IMG/VR virus record: IMGVR_UViG_3300025577_000001
Location: 5,129-69,128 of that record
DNA from: a virus
Direction: 5' to 3' (one strand)
Length of the DNA stretch: 64,000 nucleotides
Shown here: in pieces, positions 10,299 through 20,147 of the stretch
Numbering within the stretch: the stretch's first letter is position 1
How the letters are laid out: every line of letters starts with the position of its first letter
Notes under the pieces: model-generated
Databases searched by the model: none
Seen by the model: the letters and a program-made list of their open reading frames with translations, nothing else
What the model was told of the DNA's origin: nothing
Translations under genes and position numbers: made by a program

Positions 10299-12038
10299 CT
10301 ACCAGCTTGGCGGCGCAACCACTTTGATATTCTTCACCTTGGCGGCGACTGACGCAGCAATAGCAGGCGACTGTATGGCCTGATTCGCAGCGATATCGGC
10401 GCGCAATAGTGCGACAGTCTCACTAAAGAATTCCTGCTCTATTGCGTACCATAGCTTTCGATTCCTGTCTGACGGCGATAGCATTTCATTCTTGTCTAGT
10501 TTCATCCTGAGAAATGCGTAATAGTCTCGGGCACGATCGAGTGAATCGGGCGCGTTAAAGATAGCGCCAAGTGTCCATAACGAACGCCCGCGCGGAATGC
10601 GATTGGCCCAGTGCGTCCAGTCGGGATGGTCTTTCAGTTGCATCCAGGCGCGGCCCGGTAGCGAGTTGTACTTGAGCACTGCCGATGCTTGCAGGTACCT
10701 AAAGTATTCTTGAGCGTGCGCTTCGTTGTCAGGATTTAGTGTGGATGGTCGAACCGTCTTGATTAATGGCGCGTCGAAGCTACGCGCTAATATTTCGGGC
10801 GGATTCGCTTCGCGTTCTTGCATGACGCCGCAATGCGGACAAAAGATCTGCGCCGCGTGTATCATCTCATGGCAATTCTGGCAGGGTACTGCGAACGCGT
10901 TGATCACGTCTTCGTCTTTTTCTGCTGGAAGTGCAAAGACTTCTTTCTTATCCCATACTTTATCGCCGTATCCGTGGCGCTTGCAGTTGCCCACGAAGTC
11001 TAGAATCAGACCGTACTCTTTACCCGGCGCAGCGCGACCGGCGCGGCCAATCTGCTGATCGTGTGTCGCAGCAGATTTTGTCGGGCGCAGCAATAGCGCT
11101 AGTATCGTGTCTCTTACATCGAACCCAACGCTCAGCACGTCACGGGCCGCGAGAATGTCAATGTCGCCTTTATCAAACGCCTTGATAAGTGCGGCACGTG
11201 TTTTCTTGGTCGGATACTCATCTTTGGCTCTGCCTCGTGGCGTCTTATAGCTGATAGATTCAGCGACGAAGCCCGCACGGTTGAAACCCGCCGCGACGTT
11301 CTCGGCATGTTCGACATCAATGCAAAAGGCAATTGCCTTGCCGCCGCCGCGCTCAGCATAGACCTTGATAAATTCCTTGATAGCTTCAGGCGTATCATAC
11401 AAAGTTTTCTCTGTGTCGCCGTCGCCCTTGATACCTTCGGCTGCTTCGTAGAATTCTAATGGGGCCAGACGCCCTAACCTTACCAATTCATCACGCGGCG
11501 GTGCTTGCACCAACGCGGTGAATTTATCGGCGAAGGTGTCTGTGTCTTTCATTCTTATTGGCGTTGCCGTCAGCCCGATATTAAAGCGAGGCTTGGCTGT
11601 TTCCAATATGCTCTGCCATCCAGTCTGAAAATACAGCGTGTGGGCCTCGTCGCCTATTGTCAGGTTAGGCAAATATTTCACATCAATTTCACCGCGTGCA
11701 ATGCGATTGGCCGCCGTCTCTTGAGCCACTACCTGAATAGGTCGCGCATACTGCGCTTTGTATGAGTTATGAATGCATCCGATCATCTGCGGCGGAATGC
11801 CCGCAAGTTTCATCGCAGATGAAAACTCAGCGTAAGTCTGGGCGACCAACACATCTAGATGAACGCCAAACCATACGCGTTGACGACGACTGACGGCATC
11901 AGCCGCGATCTGCGCCGCCATCCTTGTCTTACCCGCGCCGCATGACGCTACGCCCAAAACGCTGCTATGCCCAGCCTTAAAGTGTCCGTATATCTCGCCA
12001 ACGAAATCCTTTTGAAATTCAAATAAATTTAGTCCCAT
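10299..12038 (-). CDS. SF2 helicase (RadD/ResIII-like) with Zn finger
   Basis: SCGAGKT, DEAH, GLTATP, GFDV, QQIGRAGR, CQNC...CPHC. Confidence 0.9.
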   Translation of the reverse strand: MGLNLFEFQKDFVGEIYGHFKAGHSSVLGVASCGAGKTRMAAQIAADAVSRRQRVWFGVHLDVLVAQTYAEFSSAMKLAGIPPQMIGCIHNSYKAQYARPIQVVAQETAANRIARGEIDVKYLPNLTIGDEAHTLYFQTGWQSILETAKPRFNIGLTATPIRMKDTDTFADKFTALVQAPPRDELVRLGRLAPLEFYEAAEGIKGDGDTEKTLYDTPEAIKEFIKVYAERGGGKAIAFCIDVEHAENVAAGFNRAGFVAESISYKTPRGRAKDEYPTKKTRAALIKAFDKGDIDILAARDVLSVGFDVRDTILALLLRPTKSAATHDQQIGRAGRAAPGKEYGLILDFVGNCKRHGYGDKVWDKKEVFALPAEKDEDVINAFAVPCQNCHEMIHAAQIFCPHCGVMQEREANPPEILARSFDAPLIKTVRPSTLNPDNEAHAQEYFRYLQASAVLKYNSLPGRAWMQLKDHPDWTHWANRIPRGRSLWTLGAIFNAPDSLDRARDYYAFLRMKLDKNEMLSPSDRNRKLWYAIEQEFFSETVALLRADIAANQAIQSPAIAASVAAKVKNIKVVAPPSW

Positions 12039-12039
12039 A

Positions 12040-12231
12040 TCAACACCGCTTTCCTTTTAAGCAATCGTTTGTATATTCCTGATCTTCTCTTTCTATGTCT
12101 GCCTCTAGCGCTTCCTCGTCTGGATAAAGCGGCACGTTGCCCGACTTGGGCCGCTCAAACGATGCAGCTACCCATAAACCCATAGCCATCCATAGGCCCA
12201 TGATTCCAGTCAATATCAATGCGTCTTTCAA
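12040..12231 (-). CDS. Small membrane protein
   Basis: One hydrophobic segment, RBS, abuts the helicase start. Confidence 0.5.
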   Translation of the reverse strand: MKDALILTGIMGLWMAMGLWVAASFERPKSGNVPLYPDEEALEADIEREDQEYTNDCLKGKRC

Positions 12232-12417
12232 TCCCTTTCGCCCTTATAATCACCGCCCTACCATCCTAACAAGTATTCGCCTTGATGTAAATAAGTTTTA
12301 GATTTAGAGCAAAGCATATCTAAGCTTAGTCGTTAAATTTGGCACAAAGGTTGTGACAATTAGCACAACCCGCTTAGAATTGGCATAGACGAGGATTCAA
12401 CATAGGAAAATACTGAT

Positions 12418-13536
12418 ATGGCTAAGCGAAAAGGAAGCATGGCGGCATTGCTAAAAGAAGAGGTAGAAAACGACGTATCGCCAGGTGCGGGGATGACTAG
12501 GCTCTCTGGATTGATTAAGGGCGACATCACGCCCGACGCGCCTGCGGTGTCAATCCCTAATGGCAGGCGAGTGAGGGAGCGGATCGAAGCGACGCCGCCT
12601 GACAAGCGGATGAAGCGCGATAGTCTGACGATGGAAGCGAAAGACGTCACGCCGCTTGATGCTGATGTTTGGATTCGCAGTGCCGCGACGAACAGACCAG
12701 TGAATCATAAGCGCGTCAAACAATACGCTGAAATGATGATTCGCGGCCAATGGATCCCGAATCATCCGCAAGGTCTGATCTTCAATAAAGAAGGAAGGCT
12801 GATCGAAGGTCAGCATAGATTGTTGGCCTGGCTAAAAGCTGCGCCAGTCATTGAGCAGAATCAGGAAGATGAGCGACACCAAGCGGCGTCGGAAGGTCGC
12901 AGCCTTGGCCACCCTTCTAGTCTAAGCATGGGTTTTGTCTGCATACTAGGCGCTGACGCTGACGTCCAGATTGCCTTAGACGCGGGCCAGACAAGAGCCA
13001 TTCACCAAACCGGCCAAATAATAGGACTGGATACAACGCCAATGGCCGTCGCTATCTGCAAGGCGCTATGGATTGATCCGCGTCCTAGTAATGGCAAGAT
13101 TCCTAGAATCACGGACTATAACAAAGTATTCAAAGCCTACGAGTCTTTTCGTGATGGCGTGGTCATTGCCTGTAAAAAGCATAATGGCCGGAATTCTGTC
13201 ACGGTCGCGGCCATCCGCGCTGTCGTCGCCCGCGCCTATTATCGCTGCAATGGCGACGAAGATATAGAACGTCTAAAGCGCTTCGTCTATGTTTTAGATA
13301 CTGGCCTCGCCACTGACGCCTCAGAACACCCCGCTGTGCTATTGCGCAATGCGTATCTTCAGATGGGTAAGCGTGGCGAGAAAGGAAACCTTGAGCTGCA
13401 TCGAAAAGCGATGTGGGCACTAGATGCTTATATGGATAAAAAAGAAGTATCGACATTGCGCCAGGCGAAAAAGCAATTGTTTCCACTCGAATCGTTTGAA
13501 CCCGACGAAGACGATCAAGGCGAACTTGGCATTTAA
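12418..13536 (+). CDS. ParB/Srx-like N-terminal domain protein
   Basis: NRPVNHKRVKQYAEMMIRGQW...LIFNKEGRLIEGQHRLLA motif. Confidence 0.7.
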   Translation: MAKRKGSMAALLKEEVENDVSPGAGMTRLSGLIKGDITPDAPAVSIPNGRRVRERIEATPPDKRMKRDSLTMEAKDVTPLDADVWIRSAATNRPVNHKRVKQYAEMMIRGQWIPNHPQGLIFNKEGRLIEGQHRLLAWLKAAPVIEQNQEDERHQAASEGRSLGHPSSLSMGFVCILGADADVQIALDAGQTRAIHQTGQIIGLDTTPMAVAICKALWIDPRPSNGKIPRITDYNKVFKAYESFRDGVVIACKKHNGRNSVTVAAIRAVVARAYYRCNGDEDIERLKRFVYVLDTGLATDASEHPAVLLRNAYLQMGKRGEKGNLELHRKAMWALDAYMDKKEVSTLRQAKKQLFPLESFEPDEDDQGELGI

Positions 13537-13555
13537 TCGCTAACCTCAGACCCTT

Positions 13556-13596
13556 AAAAAAGCACTGCGGATCGCATTAATCCGCAGTGCTTTTTT
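13556..13596 (+). terminator. Intrinsic terminator
   Basis: AAAAAGCACTGCGGAT...ATCCGCAGTGCTTTTTT. Confidence 0.8.
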
Positions 13597-13600
13597 GTTT

Positions 13601-13719
13601 AAAAGACAACAGATCGTCATTTTTAAGTCCAAACGCTCAAACGCCCACGCGATAAGCCTTACAGATCGAAAGACAACAGATCCTTATAATAGAGATATAT
13701 AAGATTCTGTTGTCTTTTT
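13601..13719. repeat. Dispersed origin-like element, copy 1 (reverse orientation)
   Basis: AAAAGACAACAGA x2, CCTTATAATAGAGATATATAAGA core, TCTGTTGTCTT. Confidence 0.9.
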
Positions 13720-13780
13720 AGACGTCGAATAATCGCCACTCAAATAGCGTTTATAGCGCGGCGGCAATAGCAGGATAAAT

Positions 13781-13817
13781 AAAACCTATTTACATGAGAT
13801 GGCGATTGTGTTAGATT
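13781..13817 (+). promoter_or_regulatory. Sigma70-type promoter with the conserved AAAACCTATTTACA box
   Basis: TTTACA-17nt-TAGATT upstream of the helicase gene. Confidence 0.7.
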
Positions 13818-13853
13818 AAGTGAGCAATCTTAAATCGAACGGATTACGCAAAC

Positions 13854-15239
13854 ATGATCGCCTCACTGACTAAGCCCAAAGTTTCAGCCCCCGACGAGTT
13901 AGTCCTTACCTCTCACCAGACTGACGCCTACACGGGCATAAAGAATTTTCTAGCATCCTCAGAGCGATTCTTCCTGTTGACCGGATACGCGGGCACAGGG
14001 AAATCAACGACGCTGACGCAAGCGGCTAAAGAATATCTAGCCGCAAATCCTTACGCGAGGATCGCGCTATGCGCTATGAGCAATAAAGCGGTCAAAGTTC
14101 TCAAGAATATGGCGGAAGACATCGAAATGCGCGACCGCGCCGCCGCGCTTACTATCTGCTCGCTATTAGGACTTCGACCCAAAATCAATAACCAGACAGG
14201 ACAACAAGAATTTTTGCCAGACAAGAAGACGCCGCCGACGCTGCATGAATATGACGTTGTAGTTTTTGACGAATGTTCACAGATTGGTAGAACGATGTGG
14301 GAGCTAATCACTGACGCTGTCATGGCTGAAGGGCTTTTGACCGGGACGAAGATTATATTTACGGGTGACCCGGCGCAGTTGCCGCCGATTGGCGAGGAAG
14401 GTTCCCCCACCTTCCACCTGGTGCCCGAGAGCAACCGGGCGCATCTAAGCAAGGTCGTTCGATATGACGGTGCTGTCGCTCATCTGGCTGAGCGTGTTCG
14501 CACTATGCCAAATTGGCACGAGCGGCCTGTCATTGGCACTGAGTTCACCGAAGACAAAACAAAAGGCGTCTGGGCCGTAGACGCTGACACCTTCGGCCTA
14601 ATCGCTGAAAAGCTATTTGGCGGCGCTGAATATGCCAGCGATCCTGACTATGGTCGAATCATCTGCTATCGCAATGCGACGGTCAATAATTGGAACAGTC
14701 GCATCTATCACCGGCTTTATGGCGCGGACGCACCGCGATTCACAGTCGGCATGTCAGTCATGGCCAATAGTCCAGTATTCAAAGGCGGCACGGGGCGCGA
14801 AATCATTATGAACAATAGCGACGAAGGCCGTGTCACCGAGATACATCAGGGCCTTGATGGTAGCTGGCCGATCTGGGTTGTGCGCATTCAGTTGCCGGAT
14901 AAGTGGAATACGATTGTCTGCCATGTTTTGAACGAAAGCGCTCAGCCCGCATTTGATGAGCAATTGCAGATAATGGCAGCGTCTAAAAACTGGCGTCAGT
15001 TTTGGGATTTGAAAAACCGCTTTGCCGATCTGCGCTATTGCTACGCGCTCACTTCTCACAAAGCTCAGGGCTCGACATTCCGAAATGTATTCGTCGCGCT
15101 GCCAGACATTCTGAACGCGCGCAATAAGAAAGAAGTCGATCAGCTAATCTATGTAGCCCTCACCCGCGCAAGCCATAGGGTGTTTGTGCATGGTGCATCC
15201 GCGCCCGCACTTGGCGCAATGCCTCCACCATCTGCTTAG
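13854..15239 (+). CDS. SF1B helicase (Dda/RecD-like)
   Basis: GYAGTGKST, VFDECSQ, GDPAQLPPI, YALTSHKAQGST, YVALTRA. Confidence 0.92.
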   Translation: MIASLTKPKVSAPDELVLTSHQTDAYTGIKNFLASSERFFLLTGYAGTGKSTTLTQAAKEYLAANPYARIALCAMSNKAVKVLKNMAEDIEMRDRAAALTICSLLGLRPKINNQTGQQEFLPDKKTPPTLHEYDVVVFDECSQIGRTMWELITDAVMAEGLLTGTKIIFTGDPAQLPPIGEEGSPTFHLVPESNRAHLSKVVRYDGAVAHLAERVRTMPNWHERPVIGTEFTEDKTKGVWAVDADTFGLIAEKLFGGAEYASDPDYGRIICYRNATVNNWNSRIYHRLYGADAPRFTVGMSVMANSPVFKGGTGREIIMNNSDEGRVTEIHQGLDGSWPIWVVRIQLPDKWNTIVCHVLNESAQPAFDEQLQIMAASKNWRQFWDLKNRFADLRYCYALTSHKAQGSTFRNVFVALPDILNARNKKEVDQLIYVALTRASHRVFVHGASAPALGAMPPPSA

Positions 15240-15325
15240 ACTTGGCTATTGCTATTGCACAATCGCAAACCTGTTTGCTATGATGTAAACAGGTTTTATA
15301 ATTCTACTCAAAGGAACACCACGTC

Positions 15326-15904
15326 ATGCAAGCACAAAGACTGAGCAAGAGACAACCGGCTACGCGCGGCGGGCTTCGTCGTCGCAAGCGCGATGACAGG
15401 GGCAGCGGACGCAAGGGTCAAGCTATTGCCGCCGTCGCCATTGCCGTAGGCTTTTTAGGATGCGTGACGGCTGTCACATTAGAAATGACCAGCCCTGCTG
15501 CGGTCTATCGTAGAGAGCAGGCGCAGCAAGCCAAGATGGATCGGACTGCGGCTGAGAAGCGCGCTGAAGATAGTGTGATTGCGAATACTCGGTATGAGAA
15601 AGGTTGCACAATGACTGTGACGCAGACGCTCAAGCCTGATGGCGGCAGCATCTTTGGCGTCGTCTCGCTATCTGAGTACATCGTATTTACAGACGCGGCG
15701 ACTGGTAAGGCGCTATTGCGCGGGACGCCGGTCTGTGATGACAACGGCACCACCGCAGAGATCGGCGAAGGCGGGCGCATTAACATGGATACGATCATGC
15801 AAGCGTCTGATATGAGCCTAGTGAGAGCCCGATATCAAGCCTCCATCGGCTGGGCGCAGGACAGCCGCTATAGCACTAGCAACGCGCTGCCAGTATCCGA
15901 GTAA
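15326..15904 (+). CDS. Single-TM membrane protein with coiled coil
   Basis: Basic N-terminus, hydrophobic AIAAVAIAVGFLGCV segment; AAGGA RBS. Confidence 0.7.
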   Translation: MQAQRLSKRQPATRGGLRRRKRDDRGSGRKGQAIAAVAIAVGFLGCVTAVTLEMTSPAAVYRREQAQQAKMDRTAAEKRAEDSVIANTRYEKGCTMTVTQTLKPDGGSIFGVVSLSEYIVFTDAATGKALLRGTPVCDDNGTTAEIGEGGRINMDTIMQASDMSLVRARYQASIGWAQDSRYSTSNALPVSE

Positions 15905-15966
15905 GTTTCCAATAATTCGACCAATCACAATAAACCTAAAACGCCCATCAGGGGCGACAGAATCTA

Positions 15967-17010
15967 ATGTCTAAAAACTTGTTTGATTTGTGGGATATTC
16001 CACAGCCCGTGGACGGCGGTGGCGATACCGAAGAGTCAGCGCCGCGCCGCCCAAAAGCGTCGCCTGGGCGCAGCCCTAAACCTAAGTCGTCGAAAGGCGG
16101 CAAAGGAATTAAGGGCATCTGGGCGAATGTTCAAGGCCGAGTAAAGAATGAGACGGCTAGCATTAGCGACGGCATCAGCATAAAGGTGGTGATGGGTCTT
16201 TTTGGCCTGAGCATCCTTTTGCAAGTTGCGGGGCAAATGACCGGCGTCAACTGGCTGCTATCAGTCGGCGACGTCGTGGATTGGTGCGGCACTATTGCGC
16301 TATTGCTTTTCTTGTTCCAATGGGGCAAGCGCAATCTAGGCAGTATGCCCGCCTTCCTTAGCAGTGTTCTAGGCTTCATCGTTCTAGGGATGCTTGTCAT
16401 TCTGTTTTGGCAATCGGCCCACATCTACGCCGACTTGGGCCGCAAGCTGGCAAGTTCTAATGCGGTCAGCGTTGGCAATCTGGGCGCGTCTTATCTTGGC
16501 GATAATCCATTAGGTCGGATGGCCGCTGCATTCTTGATGGTCGTCGCCAGTATGCTGCAATCGCTAAATATGAATTTTTGGGGCCTCTTGTTCGTGCTCC
16601 TATTCTGTGTGATTCAGTTCGCTGAAGTCGCACCGATGATCGTCCGGTCGTCGCCGCTATTCATGGAGAGGCTGATAAAGCAGTTCAATCGATTCAAAAA
16701 GCTCTCGCCCACTGGCCAAGAATCCGAAGCGGTATCAAGGCTTATCGATCAGCACAACGATTATTTTGAATCATTCCTAACTGGCCTTGGCTACGCGCAG
16801 ATTGCGGCATACGCGATTGATGCACTTGTCTGCCTTTACGCCGTGCCGTTGATTAAGCCTGGCACGACGATGATGACGTTTGTCCCTAGCGATATCGCTT
16901 GGCTTGGCATTGTTCGCATCGCCATCACCTTATTCCTGTTCGCTCAAACGACTTGGATTTATATCCAAGTGCGCAAGGCTCACGCTATCTTCTCGGGCCG
17001 CATCGTATAG
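15967..17010 (+). CDS. Polytopic membrane protein
   Basis: About 6-7 hydrophobic segments. Confidence 0.75.
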   Translation: MSKNLFDLWDIPQPVDGGGDTEESAPRRPKASPGRSPKPKSSKGGKGIKGIWANVQGRVKNETASISDGISIKVVMGLFGLSILLQVAGQMTGVNWLLSVGDVVDWCGTIALLLFLFQWGKRNLGSMPAFLSSVLGFIVLGMLVILFWQSAHIYADLGRKLASSNAVSVGNLGASYLGDNPLGRMAAAFLMVVASMLQSLNMNFWGLLFVLLFCVIQFAEVAPMIVRSSPLFMERLIKQFNRFKKLSPTGQESEAVSRLIDQHNDYFESFLTGLGYAQIAAYAIDALVCLYAVPLIKPGTTMMTFVPSDIAWLGIVRIAITLFLFAQTTWIYIQVRKAHAIFSGRIV

Positions 17011-17085
17011 CGGCGCTATTGCCCTGGCGATATTCTGCCAGGGCCTTCCATTATTCAAAACCTAAAAACGAAAAAGGACACCATC

Positions 17086-18969
17086 ATGAACTCATACATC
17101 AAGGGCCTACCGCTCAGCCGTCAGTCAGATGCCATCACACAAATCGAAAGCGAACTGAAAAGCGGCACTCTAGACATCGCTAGCTATTACAAAAAGATGA
17201 TCAAGCGACGTGAGATGGATTCATACCATCGAAATCTAAGCGGTGCTATCACGGGCGGTTTCGTCGCAGGCGCTACGCTCTTAGTCGTCGTTACTAATCC
17301 CATCGTCGCCGCAGCTGCATTCTTGAGCGTCGCGGGCGGCGGCGCTCTACTAGGAAAAAACAAACTTGACGATGGCTTACACGCGATCGAAGTTGATGAC
17401 TTTGGGTATCTGTTGACTGACGACGAACTAGATGAGCTGTCACGATTTATCGCCGCATCAGCCGAGCCGACGACACCAGCCGCGCGTCGCTCAATGGAAA
17501 TCGCTCAAGCGATTCTTGCAGCTGAAGTCGAAGATATCGAAGTCGAAGACGCGCCAGCCGTCATCGATATGCATCAATCTTCAGACGGTGGCTTCGCATC
17601 TTCTGACTTTCCCGACGCATCGCCCGCGCCATTGCCTGCCGATCAGGTCTATAGCTACATTGACAATGAATCAGAAGACTTCGACACTGACGCCGACATT
17701 GACATGGAAAGCGCCCAAGGCCCATCCGAACCAACCTTTAATTTAGGCGGGCGCTCTTATCCTCTATTGGTGAATGGCGCGCCTAATCCTTCATTACTTT
17801 CGATGCCATTGCGCGACCGGGCGATCGTGATTTTAGACGCGCTAGACGCGGCAGGCTTCACCATCAAGAAATATCTGAACCGTCCCACCTTTTGCGCGGG
17901 CACTAAGCAACGCTCAGGCAAGACGGCCCTGCTCGTGATGATGGCAATCTTTGAGAAAGCAATCCACGGGCGCAAAGTTTTTTACGCCACTGCCGACAAT
18001 GACGTTTATCCTTTCGCCTTCGACGGCGTCGCCGCTGGCAATCCTGACAATGCTCGCGCAGGCTTCGATGCATTTTGCAATCGCGTCAATAGCGCCGACG
18101 TTGGCAGCATGATCGGTGAGACTTGGGTACTTGATGAGTTTGCGCGGACTGCGTCAGGCTACGACGATCAAAAACGTTTAGACCTGTGGACGATGCCCCT
18201 ATCTGGCATCGCTAAGACCGGCGGAAAGTTTAGAGGTATCCTTCACGGCACTACCGCGTCAATGTGCGCAGTGCCCAGCGGATGGAAAGAAACTTTCGCA
18301 CAGGAAATTGTGATGGCGCGCGGCGGTCGCGAGCTAAACGAGTCAGGTGTCTATCAGCCCACCGGAATTTATGAAATGTACGGAGATGGTGACAAAGACG
18401 AACTCAAGCCTATGAATGAGTGCTTTTCTATACCCGCATGGCTGCTCATCTCAGTAAATGAGTCTTACTATAAGACGCCTTGCCCGGTGCGTTCTCTGCT
18501 TGAATTCTTCCCTGAATTAGACACAAGGAAGGGTGCTATAGCAGGCGAATTGCTAGCGAATACTAAGCCAGTTTCCTCGCCAGTTGAACCATCGAAGCCA
18601 GCCAGAAAAGCTGAGGAAAACACAGCGACTACAGAGGAATATTCGCCATCTATCGAAGGATGCGATCCGCCCGTTAGTCCGCTCAGTATTCCGCTGGGTA
18701 ATAGCGATAAAACGATCGCCTGGTTCTTGGATAGCATCGCTAGATACATGCATAAGCATCCTGGAAAAACTAGAACCGGGTCGAGTCTTCTGAATATTTG
18801 CTTTAGCGATGCCACGAAGCCAGTGGCAAAGGAACATATGCAAATGCTGATCGAAACTTTGGCACAACAGCATTCGGATTCTTTTGAGGCTGTCGATTGC
18901 TGTGGGGCGATTGGACTTAAGTGTCACACGCCTAAAAAATCTGTTAGAGATTATTATGGAACCCGTTAG
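17086..18969 (+). CDS. Membrane-anchored P-loop ATPase (FtsK/HerA/VirD4-like fold suspected)
   Basis: Two N-terminal TM segments, acidic linker, Walker A GTKQRSGKT, Walker B WVLDEF, Pro/Ser linker, small C-terminal domain. Confidence 0.65.
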   Translation: MNSYIKGLPLSRQSDAITQIESELKSGTLDIASYYKKMIKRREMDSYHRNLSGAITGGFVAGATLLVVVTNPIVAAAAFLSVAGGGALLGKNKLDDGLHAIEVDDFGYLLTDDELDELSRFIAASAEPTTPAARRSMEIAQAILAAEVEDIEVEDAPAVIDMHQSSDGGFASSDFPDASPAPLPADQVYSYIDNESEDFDTDADIDMESAQGPSEPTFNLGGRSYPLLVNGAPNPSLLSMPLRDRAIVILDALDAAGFTIKKYLNRPTFCAGTKQRSGKTALLVMMAIFEKAIHGRKVFYATADNDVYPFAFDGVAAGNPDNARAGFDAFCNRVNSADVGSMIGETWVLDEFARTASGYDDQKRLDLWTMPLSGIAKTGGKFRGILHGTTASMCAVPSGWKETFAQEIVMARGGRELNESGVYQPTGIYEMYGDGDKDELKPMNECFSIPAWLLISVNESYYKTPCPVRSLLEFFPELDTRKGAIAGELLANTKPVSSPVEPSKPARKAEENTATTEEYSPSIEGCDPPVSPLSIPLGNSDKTIAWFLDSIARYMHKHPGKTRTGSSLLNICFSDATKPVAKEHMQMLIETLAQQHSDSFEAVDCCGAIGLKCHTPKKSVRDYYGTR

Positions 18970-19111
18970 ATTTTTCTAGAAACCCCCTTATTTTTCCGTT
19001 AGACGTTAGATCTAACGTTAGACAAGCATCTAACGTTAGATCTAACGAAAATCTAACAGAAGTCTAACGAAGGTCTAACAGAAGATCTAACGCTCTAACG
19101 ATTCCTCTAAC
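18943..19111. repeat. TCTAAC/GTTAGA hexamer array (15 copies), partly phased at 11-12 bp
   Basis: TCTAAC at 19011, 19029, 19041, 19052, 19063, 19074, 19086, 19094, 19106; GTTAGA at 18943, 18965, 18998, 19005, 19017, 19035. Confidence 0.9.
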
Positions 19112-19149
19112 GCAGGAAATAGCCTTAACTGTCACACTACTAAAACGTC

Positions 19150-19467
19150 ATGCCAAAGTTCAAAAAGTCGTCAAGAAAAACAGAAACAGTCTCCATTTCT
19201 CGTACCCAAGTTTTCTGGATAATCAGCTTTGCCATCGAACAACCAATTCTCCAAAACCTGCCAGACTCTCTAAGGCCCTGGGTAGATGGCGAGATACTTT
19301 ACGGCTTCTACGCTGACCCATTACCTGGCGACGAAGTCGAAATTCACGGCCATAGATTCCAGGTCACCAAGCGTAAATTTCAGCCCACGAAACGCAATAG
19401 CCGCGACCCTAAAATAGTCGGCACGGTAGAGGTCGAAATGACCTTTAGGCCGCTACCAATAACCTAG
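19150..19467 (+). CDS. Hypothetical protein
   Basis: 105-aa ORF followed by a hairpin at 19477-19521. Confidence 0.6.
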   Translation: MPKFKKSSRKTETVSISRTQVFWIISFAIEQPILQNLPDSLRPWVDGEILYGFYADPLPGDEVEIHGHRFQVTKRKFQPTKRNSRDPKIVGTVEVEMTFRPLPIT

Positions 19468-19599
19468 GCTTCCACGCCGCGCTATTGCACTTAATTAGTC
19501 AGCCGTGAGGCAATAGCGCGGCAATATCTCACCTATCAAAAGCACCTGATTTTAGTCGCAATGAGACAGGTCTAGTCTCATTATGAGACAGTATAAAAA

Positions 19600-19740
19600 G
19601 GCACTCAAAAGGCTAAAAATACACTGAGCGCTCTAATGTGCTTTATTGCGCTTTATATGGCACTTTGAGGGCACATTGAAAACAAATTGACATCAAAGTG
19701 CCCTCAAGTGCCAAATTTGGCACTTTGATGTGTTACTTTG
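19600..19740. promoter_or_regulatory. parC-like repeats (GGCAC/GTGCC) overlapping a TTGACA promoter
   Basis: GGCACTTTGAGGGCAC...TTGACATCAAAGTGCCCTCAAGTGCCAAATTTGGCACTTTGATG, directly upstream of the parR/parM-like genes. Confidence 0.55.
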
Positions 19741-19771
19741 AAATTGTCGAATTTTGAAGGCAACAGCGACG

Positions 19772-20098
19772 ATGACAAAGCAAGCAGAAAAGAAAATCAG
19801 AATTAGATACAGCTTCGTAGAAAAACATCTGAGCGAACTGTGGAAGATGTTCCCAGCGCTAGAAAACTCAGGAGATGTCGCGGGCGTGTTAACGCTATGC
19901 GACTTGGGACTAAAAAAGCTAAAGGAAGGAAAAGGTAATGAATGCAGCACAGAGAATTACAGCGAGCCGGTTAGCCGACTACAACAGCCAAGGCCACAGG
20001 CAAGTACAAGTGAGGACTGGACAAGTGCAGTGGATGAAACCGGGCCTATCGCAGAAGCCGACCCGCTTGCAAACTTCGACGCAGACGACGACTTTTAG
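19772..20098 (+). CDS. ParR-like partition adaptor
   Basis: Small protein with a beta-alpha-alpha-like N-terminus (KIRIRYSFV...) and an acidic tail, immediately upstream of the actin-like gene. Confidence 0.55.
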   Translation: MTKQAEKKIRIRYSFVEKHLSELWKMFPALENSGDVAGVLTLCDLGLKKLKEGKGNECSTENYSEPVSRLQQPRPQASTSEDWTSAVDETGPIAEADPLANFDADDDF

Positions 20099-20147
20099 AT
20101 CAGACGACGACAGCAACCCAAATACATATATAGAGGACAACAAAAAA

